A stretch of DNA of 64,000 nt from an uncultured Azospirillum sp. (GTDB lineage: Bacteria; Pseudomonadota; Alphaproteobacteria; CACIAM-22H2): NCBI GenBank assembly GCA_964416335.1, contig CAYQDN010000014.1, forward strand, positions 15,107-79,106, written 5' to 3'. Below the pieces are notes generated by a model, which worked only from the letters and a program-made list of their open reading frames with translations, had not been told where the DNA came from and made no database searches. This document shows, in pieces, positions 27,108 through 36,472 of this stretch. Each line of letters begins with the position of its first letter. Position 1 is the first letter of the stretch. The position numbers and the translations under genes were made by a program.

Positions 27108-28309
27108 ATCTCGATGCCTATACGCGCCACGAGCGCGTGAAGATATCCGGTGCCGAAGACGGCCCGCTGCGCGGAACCGTCTTCGCGGCAAAGGACAACT
27201 ACGAGATCGCCGGGCACCGTACGGGTGGCGGCAACCCGACTTGGCTGCAGACCCACAACAAGGCGACGAAGACGGCCGCTGCCGTACAGGCATTGCTGGA
27301 CGCTGGCGCCATGCTTCTTGGCAAGACGCTGATGGACGAGCTTGCCTACGGCCTGACGGGCCGCAATCTCCATTACGGCACGCCGGCAAATCCCGCAGCA
27401 CCGGATCGCGTTCCCGGCGGTTCGTCCTCCGGCTCGGCGGCGGCAGTCGCCGGACGGGCCTGCGACTTTGCATTGGGCACGGATACCGGCGGATCGATCC
27501 GCGTACCGGCCGGCTATTGCGGCCTGTTCGGCATGCGGCCGACCCATGGGCGGATTTCCGCCGAAGGACTCGTCCCGCTGGCACCGTCGTTCGATACGGT
27601 CGGCTGGTTCGCGCGCGACGCCGAGCTGCTGGAGCGCGTCGGGCGCGCTCTTCTCGACGAAAGCGTCGCACCCGCCGAGCCCGGCCGCCTTCTCGTCGCG
27701 ACCGATGCGATGCGGCTGGCCGACGGCGATGTCTATACCGCACTCCTGCCGTGGATCGGTCGCGCCAAGTCGTTCTTCGATCTTTCCTACGACATCGAGA
27801 TCGCGGGTGCGGGCCTCGCCAACTGGGTCGAGAGCTTCCGGATGCTGTCGGCCTCCGAAGCCTGGGCGTGCCACGGCGGATGGATCGGCGAAGTGAAGCC
27901 CAAGCTCGCGGCGGATGTGGCGGCCCGGTTCGAATTCGGCCGCTCGGTGACACCCGAGGCGGTCGCCGAGCATGCCGGAAAGCGCGAGACGGTCCGCAAG
28001 CGCATGGCCGAGTTGATGACGGAGGGCACGATCCTCTGCATCCCGACGGCGGCCACGCCCGCACCGCTGCGCGACGCCGACGAGGCGACGTTCGATCGCG
28101 TGCGTCAACGCACGCTGCCGCTTACCTGCATCGCCGGGCTGGCGGGATTGCCGCAGATATCCCTGCCGGCCGGCTTCGCCCAGGACGCGCCGGTAGGCGT
28201 TTCGTTCCTTGCCCCGCCGGGCGAGGACGCGATGCTGCTCAATTTCGTACGCGTACTCACCTCGCCCAGCGAAGCGGAGCCGGAATCCGATGCCCAGCCG
28301 AAAGCCTAA
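27104..28309 (+). CDS. Amidase-signature family amidase (401 aa), translationally coupled to atzF
   Basis: AS motif GGSSSGSAAAVA and the Ser-cisSer-Lys context. ATG 27104 overlaps the atzF TGA. Confidence 0.8.
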   Translation: MNLDAYTRHERVKISGAEDGPLRGTVFAAKDNYEIAGHRTGGGNPTWLQTHNKATKTAAAVQALLDAGAMLLGKTLMDELAYGLTGRNLHYGTPANPAAPDRVPGGSSSGSAAAVAGRACDFALGTDTGGSIRVPAGYCGLFGMRPTHGRISAEGLVPLAPSFDTVGWFARDAELLERVGRALLDESVAPAEPGRLLVATDAMRLADGDVYTALLPWIGRAKSFFDLSYDIEIAGAGLANWVESFRMLSASEAWACHGGWIGEVKPKLAADVAARFEFGRSVTPEAVAEHAGKRETVRKRMAELMTEGTILCIPTAATPAPLRDADEATFDRVRQRTLPLTCIAGLAGLPQISLPAGFAQDAPVGVSFLAPPGEDAMLLNFVRVLTSPSEAEPESDAQPKA

Positions 28310-29216
28310 GCAAGCCGCCTATCCGCGCGACCTGATCGGCTATGGCCGCAATCCGCCGCATGCGAACTGGCCCAACGGCGCCCGCATCGCCGTCTCCTTC
28401 GTCGTGAACTACGAGGAAGGCGGCGAACGTTCGATCCTGCACGGCGACAAGGAGTCCGAGGTCTATCTGCAGGAGGTCGTCGGCCTTGTGCCCAGGCCGC
28501 GGCGGCGCGACGAGAGTACCGAAAGCGTCTACGAATACGGCAGCCGGGCCGGTTTCTGGCGGATCCTTCGCGAATTCGAGAAGCGCCGCCTGCCCTTCAC
28601 GTCATGGGCCGTCGGCATGGCGCTCGCCCGCCACCCCGATGCCGGCAAGGCGATGGCCGAAGGCGGGCACGAGGTGGCAAGCCACGGCTGGCGCTGGATC
28701 GACTACCAGAAAATGCCGATCGCCGAAGAACGCAAGCATTTCCGCCTCGCGATCGACGCGATCACGAAGGCTGCAGGTGCTGCACCGCTGGGCTGGTACA
28801 CGGGCCGCATGTCGCCCAACACCCGTGCGCTCGCCGCCGAGTTCGGCATGCTCTATGACAGCGACGCCTACAACGATGATCTTCCGTACTGGACGAAGGT
28901 CGGAAAGAAGCCGCATCTCGTCGTCCCCTACACGCTCGACGTCAACGACATGAAGTTCGGCACCGCGCAGGGTTTCAATACCGGCGACGACTGGTTCGCA
29001 TATGCACGCGACGCCTTCGACGTGCTCTATGCGGAAGGCGCCGACGCGCCCAAGATGATGACGCTCGGCCTGCATCTGCGGCTGATCGGCCGGCCAGGGC
29101 GGTTCCGCGCACTCCAGAAATTCATGGATCACGTCGAGAAGCACGACAACGTCTGGGTCGCGCGCCGGATGGACATCGCGCGGCACTGGATCAAGACCCA
29201 CCCGCACAAAGGATAG
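28290..29216 (+). CDS. puuE: Allantoinase PuuE (polysaccharide-deacetylase family)
   Basis: The N-terminus AAYPRDLIGYGRNPPHANWPNGARIAVSFVVNYEEGGE closely matches the PuuE-type allantoinase N-terminus. Confidence 0.8.
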   Translation: MPSRKPKQAAYPRDLIGYGRNPPHANWPNGARIAVSFVVNYEEGGERSILHGDKESEVYLQEVVGLVPRPRRRDESTESVYEYGSRAGFWRILREFEKRRLPFTSWAVGMALARHPDAGKAMAEGGHEVASHGWRWIDYQKMPIAEERKHFRLAIDAITKAAGAAPLGWYTGRMSPNTRALAAEFGMLYDSDAYNDDLPYWTKVGKKPHLVVPYTLDVNDMKFGTAQGFNTGDDWFAYARDAFDVLYAEGADAPKMMTLGLHLRLIGRPGRFRALQKFMDHVEKHDNVWVARRMDIARHWIKTHPHKG

Positions 29217-29220
29217 GCGC

Positions 29221-29865
29221 TTGGCCGGTCTTGCCGATTATTCGCGCTTCGTCGTCACGCTGCTGGCGATCCTGACGCCGTTCGCGGCGATCCCGGTTTT
29301 CCTCGCGATGACCGGCGGACAGGACGACCGCTTCAGGACGCGCACGGCCAACATGGCAGCGGCGACCGTCTTCGTCGTGCTGGTCGTGTCGGCGATCACC
29401 GGCGACATGCTGCTGCGCGTGCTGGGAACGAGCCTCGACGCGTTCCGCGTCGGCGGCGGCATCGTGCTTTTCCTGATGAGCCTGTCGATGCTCAACGCCA
29501 AGATGTCGCCCGTTCAGCAGACTCAGGAGGAGGCCGACGAGGCCGGCCAGAAATCGACCCTCGGCGTGGTGCCGATCGGCATCCCGCTGCTCGTCGGGCC
29601 CGGCTCGATCTCCTCGACGATCATCGAGACCAAGCGCAGTGGCGAATTCGCCCATCTCGCCTCGGTCGTCGCATGCATAGCACTGGTGTGCGTGGTCGTC
29701 TGGATCACGCTGCGGCTTGCCGACCCGATCGGCCGGCAGCTTGGCCGCACCGGCCTCAACATCCTCAACCGTATCTTTGGCCTGCTGCTCGCGGCGATTG
29801 CCGTTCAGATCGTGGCGGTCGGGTTGATCGGCCTATTCCCCGCCCTCGCGGGCCTGCGCACGTAG
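29221..29865 (+). CDS. MarC-family (UPF0056) integral membrane protein
   Basis: A TTG start with an AAGGA RBS. The protein has 6 TM segments of the MarC family. Confidence 0.75.
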   Translation: MAGLADYSRFVVTLLAILTPFAAIPVFLAMTGGQDDRFRTRTANMAAATVFVVLVVSAITGDMLLRVLGTSLDAFRVGGGIVLFLMSLSMLNAKMSPVQQTQEEADEAGQKSTLGVVPIGIPLLVGPGSISSTIIETKRSGEFAHLASVVACIALVCVVVWITLRLADPIGRQLGRTGLNILNRIFGLLLAAIAVQIVAVGLIGLFPALAGLRT

Positions 29866-31266
29866 CTCGAAGCGCCGGACCTTCCCCATCGCATTGCGCG
29901 GCAGCACATCGACGAACCGGTACGCCTTGGGCCATTTGAATCTGGCGAGTCGACCGTCGAGGAATGCGCGCAGTGCCGCGGCGTCGATTTCGGCGCCCGG
30001 CCGCTTGACGATGAACACGACGGGAACCTCACCCCATCGCGCGTCCGGCTTGGCAACGGCTGCGCATTCGGCAACCGCCGGATGTGCGGAAAGTGCCGCC
30101 TCGATCTCCGCCGGATAGACGTTCTCGCCGCCGGAAATGATCATGTCCTTCTTGCGTTCGTCGACCCACCAGTTGCCGTCCGAATCGATCCGGCCGAGAT
30201 CGCCGGTGCGGAACCAGCCATTCGTGAAGGCCGCGCGCGTGGCTTCCGGATCGCGCCAATACCCGGTCGCAACATTCGGTCCGCGAACGAGGATTTCGCC
30301 GTCATCGAGCCTCGCTTCGCAATTCAGCGCCGGCTGGCCGGTCGATCCTTCGTTGACGAGAGCGTCCTCGCGTTTCTGATAGATCGCGATGGGGCCCGTC
30401 TCCGTCGCACCGTATACCTGTGCGACCGGCACACCGCGCGCATGGAACGCCCGGATGAGATCGACCGGCACGATCGACGATCCGGCACCCAGCATGCGAA
30501 GGCTCGACAGGTCCGCAATCGCCCATGCAGGATGCTCGATCATCGCCTTCATGACGGCGGGCACCACCAGCGAAAGCGTGGGCCGCATAGCTCCGATCGC
30601 CGCCAGCGCCTCGCCGGGTTCGAATTTCCGCATCAGGACGATCTCGGCGCCGAGTGCCAGCGCCGGGACGGTCTGGATATTGAGCCCGCCGACGTGGAAC
30701 ATCGGCAGGAACGTGAGCACACGGTCCCGCGCCGTCATGTCGTGCATCTGCTGGCTGTTGACCGCGTTCCAGGCAACCGCGTTCTGCGTCAGGACGGCAC
30801 CCTTCGCGCGGCCCGTCGTGCCGGATGTGTAGACAAGCAACAGGGGCAGATCCGGCCGGCCCGCGCGCGCGCACGGCATGGTCGGAAGCGTATCGAGCGT
30901 GTCGATCCCGAGCGGTGCTCGATCCGCCAACCCAGCGGCAAAGCTTCTTTCGCTGATCAAGACGCGTGGCTCGGCATCCGCGAGAATCTGCGCGTGCTCG
31001 GCCGGTGCGAGCCGCCAGTTGAGCGGGACGAGAATCGCGCCAAGCCGTGCGCAGGCAAAAAGCAGGGCCAGATAGTCGGGATGGTTCGTCGACAGCAAAG
31101 CGACCCGGTCGCCGGCAGTCGTGCCTTGCGCCGAAAGGACGCCCGCCAGAAACGCCACGCGCGCGGCAAATGCGCGATAGCTCGTCACCGTGCCTTCGAA
31201 GACGATCGCGGTGCGGTCGGGCGTGCGCGCGGCGTGACGCTCGATCCAGACCGACAGGTCGCTCAT
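29833..31266 (-). CDS. AMP-dependent acyl-CoA synthetase/ligase
   Basis: The AMP-binding motif YTSGTTGRAKG and a fatty-acid CoA ligase architecture. ATG 31266 is coupled to the ACAD stop. Confidence 0.85.
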   Translation of the reverse strand: MSDLSVWIERHAARTPDRTAIVFEGTVTSYRAFAARVAFLAGVLSAQGTTAGDRVALLSTNHPDYLALLFACARLGAILVPLNWRLAPAEHAQILADAEPRVLISERSFAAGLADRAPLGIDTLDTLPTMPCARAGRPDLPLLLVYTSGTTGRAKGAVLTQNAVAWNAVNSQQMHDMTARDRVLTFLPMFHVGGLNIQTVPALALGAEIVLMRKFEPGEALAAIGAMRPTLSLVVPAVMKAMIEHPAWAIADLSSLRMLGAGSSIVPVDLIRAFHARGVPVAQVYGATETGPIAIYQKREDALVNEGSTGQPALNCEARLDDGEILVRGPNVATGYWRDPEATRAAFTNGWFRTGDLGRIDSDGNWWVDERKKDMIISGGENVYPAEIEAALSAHPAVAECAAVAKPDARWGEVPVVFIVKRPGAEIDAAALRAFLDGRLARFKWPKAYRFVDVLPRNAMGKVRRFELRAQAREGGE

Positions 31267-32453
31267 TCGTCGCGCTCGCCCGGCTCGTAGAGGGCCTCGC
31301 GCCCAAGCCTGTCGAGGCAGAGCTCGGCCGTCCACGGCAGCATCAGCGATCCGCAGCGGCTGTCGCGGTAGAGCCGCTCCAGCGGCAGCGACTTCAGCAT
31401 CGACTGGCCGCCGCAGGTGCGGATCGCCAGCCGACAGAGGTCGTTGGCGTTCTCCATGATCGTATATTGCGTCGCATAGGCATCGAGCCGCGCCTGCTTG
31501 GAAGGGTTGACCTTCGCCGCATCGATCGTCCGCTCGAACAGGGCGCGCGTCTGCGCGAGCTTGATGTACATCTCGGCAACCGCGATCTGCTTGGTCGGGT
31601 ACATGCGCCGCTTGATCGGCGGCTGCCCAGGCGTCTCGCCGCGCAGGTACTGGATCGTGAAATCATACGCCGCCTGCGCAATGCCCATATAGGTCGGCGA
31701 CAGCGTCATGAACATGTGCGGCCAAGCCGATGCCGCCTTGAAATAGAGGCCGCGCGGCAAAAGCTGGGCATCGTCCGGAACGAAGACATCCTTCAGGATC
31801 AGCGTGCGCGACACCGTCCCGCGCATGCCGAGCGGATCCCAATCTCCAGTGATCGTCAGGCCGGCCGCCTCTTTGGGAACGGCCATGTAGAGCGTGTCGC
31901 GCACCGAGCGGTCGGCCCGGTCCTCGGTGCACAGGATCCCGTAATAGTCCGCGGCACCCGAAAGCGATGCGAAGATCTTCTTGCCGTTGATGATCCATCC
32001 GCCATCGGCCTTGGCCGCAAGCGTGCCGAAAGGTGCACGGCCGGCAGCAGCCGCGGAGCCTTCGGAAAACGGCTGGGCGTAGATGGCGCCCTGCTCGACG
32101 ATCCGCTTATAGTGCCCGGCCCGCAGCCGTTCGAGTTCGGCGCGCTGGTCATCCGTCATGTCGAGATCGTCGGCCAGCGGCCCGGTCCACAGCGCCGAAC
32201 AGGCATGCATGTTGAACGTCAGCGCGGTCGCACCGCACCAGCGGCCCATTTCGGCCGCAACACGGCAATAGGTCGCGAAGTCGGCACCCATCCCGCCATA
32301 TCGGCGTGGCACGCACAACGCCAGAAGGCCGGACTCGCGCAGATCGGCATAGTTCTCGAACGGGAAACTTGCCTCGCGGTCGTAGCGCTCGGCACGCGGC
32401 GCGAATTTCTCGCGCCCGAGGATGGCGACCTTCTCGATCAACGCGTCAAGCAT
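31263..32453 (-). CDS. Acyl-CoA dehydrogenase
   Basis: ACAD family, 396 aa. Confidence 0.85.
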   Translation of the reverse strand: MLDALIEKVAILGREKFAPRAERYDREASFPFENYADLRESGLLALCVPRRYGGMGADFATYCRVAAEMGRWCGATALTFNMHACSALWTGPLADDLDMTDDQRAELERLRAGHYKRIVEQGAIYAQPFSEGSAAAAGRAPFGTLAAKADGGWIINGKKIFASLSGAADYYGILCTEDRADRSVRDTLYMAVPKEAAGLTITGDWDPLGMRGTVSRTLILKDVFVPDDAQLLPRGLYFKAASAWPHMFMTLSPTYMGIAQAAYDFTIQYLRGETPGQPPIKRRMYPTKQIAVAEMYIKLAQTRALFERTIDAAKVNPSKQARLDAYATQYTIMENANDLCRLAIRTCGGQSMLKSLPLERLYRDSRCGSLMLPWTAELCLDRLGREALYEPGERDE

Positions 32454-33282
32454 GGTCCAGCTCCAGTGAGTCGAGGAATGTCAGGACGGCCGCGTCGTAC
32501 GCGTCCGGATCCTCAAGATTTGCGAGATGCCCGCATTCGGCCAGTGTCGCGAACTTCGCGCCGGCGATCTTCGAGGCCATCGTCTCCATCATCGCAGCCG
32601 GCGCGTTGGCGTCGCGGGCACCGGCGAGAAGCAGGGTCGGGCAGGCGATCCGCGCGAGATCGGCGCGGCCGTCGAACGTGACGATCAGGCGGATCGCGGC
32701 CGCAAATGCCGCAACCGGCACCTGACCGACGCAGGCCTGCGCATATTCGCGCGCCGCACGGCTTGCCTTCGGGCCCATCAGGCCCTCGACCGTCGCTTCG
32801 GCAAGATCAGCGAGCGTCTTGCCGGTTTCGAGCGGTGCCAACCGCTGGCGGACGAATTCGCGCTGCCAGTCGCCGTCCGGCCGGCCGAAGGCCGGGCTTG
32901 TCGCGGAAAGGATCAATGATCGGGTGCGCGTCGGATGCCGCACGGCGAAAACTTGGGCGACCATCCCGCCGATCGAATGACCGAGGATATTTGCCCGTTC
33001 GATCCCCGCCCGGTCGAGGAGCCGCGCCAACCCGTCGGCCAGCGCCGGCCAATCCATCGGCGAGAGCGGCGGTGAACATCCGTATCCAGGCATGTCCCAT
33101 GCGAGGACGTGGAACCGCCGTGCCAGCCGGATGGATTGCGGCCTGAACGCGCGGTGATCGGTACCCACCCCGTGCAGCAGGACCAGCGGCGGCCCGTCCC
33201 CTGTCGCATAGACGGCCGGTATCGGTGCGGATGCGCCCATGGCGACGATCATAGCCCTTCTGCGTTTTACATGAAAAGGCAT
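32446..33282 (-). CDS. Alpha/beta-fold hydrolase (3-oxoadipate enol-lactonase-like)
   Basis: The nucleophile-elbow motif GHSIGG. Start alternatives are 33252 and 33240. Confidence 0.75.
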   Translation of the reverse strand: MPFHVKRRRAMIVAMGASAPIPAVYATGDGPPLVLLHGVGTDHRAFRPQSIRLARRFHVLAWDMPGYGCSPPLSPMDWPALADGLARLLDRAGIERANILGHSIGGMVAQVFAVRHPTRTRSLILSATSPAFGRPDGDWQREFVRQRLAPLETGKTLADLAEATVEGLMGPKASRAAREYAQACVGQVPVAAFAAAIRLIVTFDGRADLARIACPTLLLAGARDANAPAAMMETMASKIAGAKFATLAECGHLANLEDPDAYDAAVLTFLDSLELDHA

Positions 33283-33293
33283 ATAATGAAGCC

Positions 33294-33725
33294 ATGCCGC
33301 GTTTCGTCGACGACTACCTGTCCTACCTGCTGTCTGCCGCGAGCGAGCGAGTCAGCCGGGAATTCCACCGCCAGCTCCGGCCTTACGGGCTTTCGGTGCA
33401 CAAATGGCGCGTCCTCGCGACCCTGTCGGACGGGGATGCGCTGAGCATCGGCGCTCTCGCGCGCATCGTGCTGATGCAGCAGCCGACGCTGACGAAACTC
33501 GTCGCCCGCATGGCCAAGGACGGCCTCGTGAACGTGGGTACCGATCCCGACGACAGGCGCCGTACGCTCGTGCGCATCGCCGAACCGGGCCGGACCATGG
33601 TTGCCCCGCTCGTCGTGCGCGCGAAAGCCCACGAGCGGGCATGTCTGGCCTCCTATTCGGCGGCGGAAGTCGCTAAGGTGAAGCGCCTTCTCAAGGACCT
33701 ATTGCGCCGGAGCGAAACGAAATGA
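33294..33725 (+). CDS. MarR-family transcriptional regulator
   Basis: A winged-helix MarR sequence. The gene is divergent from the hydrolase operon. A TATAAT sequence lies only about 6 nt upstream of the ATG, so the transcript may be leaderless. Confidence 0.85.
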   Translation: MPRFVDDYLSYLLSAASERVSREFHRQLRPYGLSVHKWRVLATLSDGDALSIGALARIVLMQQPTLTKLVARMAKDGLVNVGTDPDDRRRTLVRIAEPGRTMVAPLVVRAKAHERACLASYSAAEVAKVKRLLKDLLRRSETK

Positions 33726-35290
33726 GATCCCGTCCCCACAGCGTCCAGAACCTGACGATCCGCAAGCCCGGTGCCGGCTCGGCGATCGGCGGCGTCATCT
33801 CCGGGCAGGCAAAGGGTGCCATGGATATCGGCGCCGAAATCCTTGCGCAGGGCGGCAACGCGGTCGATGCGGCCGTGGCCGCAAGCTTCGCACTTGCGAC
33901 CGCGGAGCCGTGGAACAGCGGGCTCGGCGGAATCGGCTTCCTGATGTTCCGGCCGGCGGATACCGGCAAGGTCCAGGTCATCGACTTCGGACCACAGGCG
34001 CCAGCACGGCTCGATCCCAAGCACTTTCCGCTGACCGGCCGGCTTGGCGGCGACCTGTTCGGATGGCCGGAAGTCGAAGGTAACCGCAATGTCCACGGCC
34101 CCTTGTCGATCGCGGTTCCGGGGCAGGTCGACGGCATGGCGCTCGCGCTCGAGCGCTTCGGCACGCTGCCTTGGGAAATGGTCCTTGAGCCGGCCGCACG
34201 GCTGGCCGACCGGGGATTGCCGATCGATTTCTGGACGACATTGAAAGTGGCGGCAGGTGCCAAGGACCTGCATCGATATCCCTCGTCGCGCGACATCTAT
34301 CTTCGCGGCGGTTTTCCGCCGACAACCGAAAGCGGAACGCCGCAAGGCTATCTCGGGATGGGAAACCTTGCGGCGACGATCCGTCGCCTGCAACTCAAAG
34401 GGCCGCGGGATTTCTACGAGGGTGCGATCGCGGCCGACATTGCCGACGACGCGCAGGCGCTCGGCGGTGTCCTGACGCGCGAAGATCTTGCCAGCTATCA
34501 CGCCCGGCTCGTCGAGCCGCATCTGACGCGTTATCGGGGGGCCGAATTCGCATGCGCGCCCGTGGGCACGGCCGGCCCCACCCTCGCCCGGGTGCTTCAA
34601 CTGCTCGAACCCATGCTGTTCCGTCCGTTCGGGGCCGACGCCGCGAGTTTCGTCGCTTATGCCGATGCACTTCGGCAAGCCTATACCGAACGTCTTGCCG
34701 GTACGCCCGCGGCGTCAGGACCTGCCACCAGCACGACGCATCTCAATGTCGTCGACCGCCACGGAAACGTCGTGGCGCTGACCCAGACCCTGCTGTCCTC
34801 GTTCGGCAGCCGGCTGGTGCTACCGCGTACCGGCATCCTGATGAACAACGGCATCATGTGGTTCGATCCGCGCCCCGGCCGTCCGAACTCGATCGCGCCC
34901 GGCAAACGCCCGTTGACGAACATGTGCCCGACGATCGTTTCGAAGGACGGCAAAGGCTGGATCGCCGTCGGCGCATCGGGGGGACGGCGCATCCTGCCGT
35001 CGGTCGCCCAGTTGCTCTCGTTCATCGTCGATCACGGCATGGATCTCGACACGGCGTTCCATCATCCGCGCATCGACGTTTCCGGCGGCGACGCGGTCGA
35101 GTACGATCCGCGCCTGCCGATCGACGTGCAGACGGCCCTCGCCGCGCGCTTCCAGGTCCGGGCCGCCGAGCACACGATCTTCCCGGCAAGCTACGCCTGC
35201 CCGTCGGCGATCCTGATCGACCCGGCGACGGGCGGGCGGACGGGCATGTCCGACACGAACAGCCCCTGGTCGGCCTCGATCTCGGTCTGA
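33722..35290 (+). CDS. Gamma-glutamyltransferase-family (Ntn-hydrolase) protein
   Basis: The GGT fold with a putative autoprocessing Thr in the TTHLNVVD motif. It is coupled to the marR stop by an ATGA overlap. Confidence 0.8.
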   Translation: MRSRPHSVQNLTIRKPGAGSAIGGVISGQAKGAMDIGAEILAQGGNAVDAAVAASFALATAEPWNSGLGGIGFLMFRPADTGKVQVIDFGPQAPARLDPKHFPLTGRLGGDLFGWPEVEGNRNVHGPLSIAVPGQVDGMALALERFGTLPWEMVLEPAARLADRGLPIDFWTTLKVAAGAKDLHRYPSSRDIYLRGGFPPTTESGTPQGYLGMGNLAATIRRLQLKGPRDFYEGAIAADIADDAQALGGVLTREDLASYHARLVEPHLTRYRGAEFACAPVGTAGPTLARVLQLLEPMLFRPFGADAASFVAYADALRQAYTERLAGTPAASGPATSTTHLNVVDRHGNVVALTQTLLSSFGSRLVLPRTGILMNNGIMWFDPRPGRPNSIAPGKRPLTNMCPTIVSKDGKGWIAVGASGGRRILPSVAQLLSFIVDHGMDLDTAFHHPRIDVSGGDAVEYDPRLPIDVQTALAARFQVRAAEHTIFPASYACPSAILIDPATGGRTGMSDTNSPWSASISV

Positions 35291-35300
35291 GGACACGGGA

Positions 35301-35855
35301 ATGGCCGACAAGCGTCTCTGGAAGACCCTCGCGTCGCGCGAAGTCTATTCGGCACCGCCGTGGGTCCGCGTCATCGACGACCGGCTCGAACTGCCCGACG
35401 GCCGGATCGTCGAAAGCTTCCATCGCGTCCTGCTCCCCGACTATTCGATCCTGTTCCCGGTTCTCGAGGACGGCCGCGTGCTCGCCATGCGCAGCTACCG
35501 GCATGGTGCGGGAGACATCGTCCTCGGCTTCCCTGGCGGCGGGATCGATGCAGGTGAAACCCCGGTGCAGGCCGCCAAGCGGGAACTGCTGGAGGAGACC
35601 GGCCACTCGGCATCGGCGATCGTGCCACTCGGTTCCTACATAACCGGCGCCAATGTCCGCGGCGCCATGTGCCACTTCTTCCTTGCGACCGGCTGCCGGC
35701 AGATCGCCGAGCCGGATTCCGGCGATCTCGAAGAGCAGGAGCTCGTCCGGTTTACCCGTGCCGAGATCGCGGCGGTCCTCCACGAAAACCGCTTCCATGT
35801 ACTGGCACATGCGGCGATCACCGCGCGCGCCCTGCTCGAATGGGATGGAAAATGA
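35301..35855 (+). CDS. NUDIX hydrolase
   Basis: The Nudix box GGIDAGETPVQAAKRELLEETG. Confidence 0.85.
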   Translation: MADKRLWKTLASREVYSAPPWVRVIDDRLELPDGRIVESFHRVLLPDYSILFPVLEDGRVLAMRSYRHGAGDIVLGFPGGGIDAGETPVQAAKRELLEETGHSASAIVPLGSYITGANVRGAMCHFFLATGCRQIAEPDSGDLEEQELVRFTRAEIAAVLHENRFHVLAHAAITARALLEWDGK

Positions 35856-36472
35856 GCGCGCCGCACATCGTCGAAGATCTTGCCCGTCTCGAGACGCTCT
35901 ATGGTGCTCCGGTCAAGCGCTCCCTCGACAAGGAGATCGATCACCTCAACGCGCATTACCGCGCGTTCGTCGAAGCGGCCCCGTTCGTCGCACTTGCGAG
36001 CGCCGGTCCCGGCGGTCTCGATGTCAGCCCGCGCGGCGATGCCGCCGGTTTCGTCATCGTCGAGAACGAGAAGACGCTCCTGCTGCCCGACCGACGCGGC
36101 AACAACAGGATCGACACGCTGCGCAACATCGTCGCCGATCCGCGCGTCGCACTCCTCTTCCTCGTTCCCGGAATCGGCGAGACGCTGCGCGTGAACGGGC
36201 GTGCGTCGATCTCGGTCGATCCGACGCTCCTCGCGCGGTTTGCATTCGATGGCAAGGCGCCACAGACGGTTCTCGTCGTGGCGGTCGAGCGCGTCTACTT
36301 CCAATGCTCGCGTGCGGTCGTGCGTGCCGACCTCTGGAATCCCGAGAAGCGTCTTCCGAGGGAATCGCTTCCGAGCACCGGACAGATTCTCGAAGCGCTG
36401 AGCGCGGACCGGTTCGACGGCCGCGCCTACGATGCGGAACTTCCGGCCCGGGTAGCCGCGTCGCTCTATTGA
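35852..36472 (+). CDS. PPOX-class FMN-binding flavoprotein (MSMEG_1061-like family)
   Basis: A 206-aa protein. ATG 35852 overlaps the NUDIX TGA. It is a paralogue of the gene at 10204..10797. Confidence 0.65.
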   Translation: MSAPHIVEDLARLETLYGAPVKRSLDKEIDHLNAHYRAFVEAAPFVALASAGPGGLDVSPRGDAAGFVIVENEKTLLLPDRRGNNRIDTLRNIVADPRVALLFLVPGIGETLRVNGRASISVDPTLLARFAFDGKAPQTVLVVAVERVYFQCSRAVVRADLWNPEKRLPRESLPSTGQILEALSADRFDGRAYDAELPARVAASLY

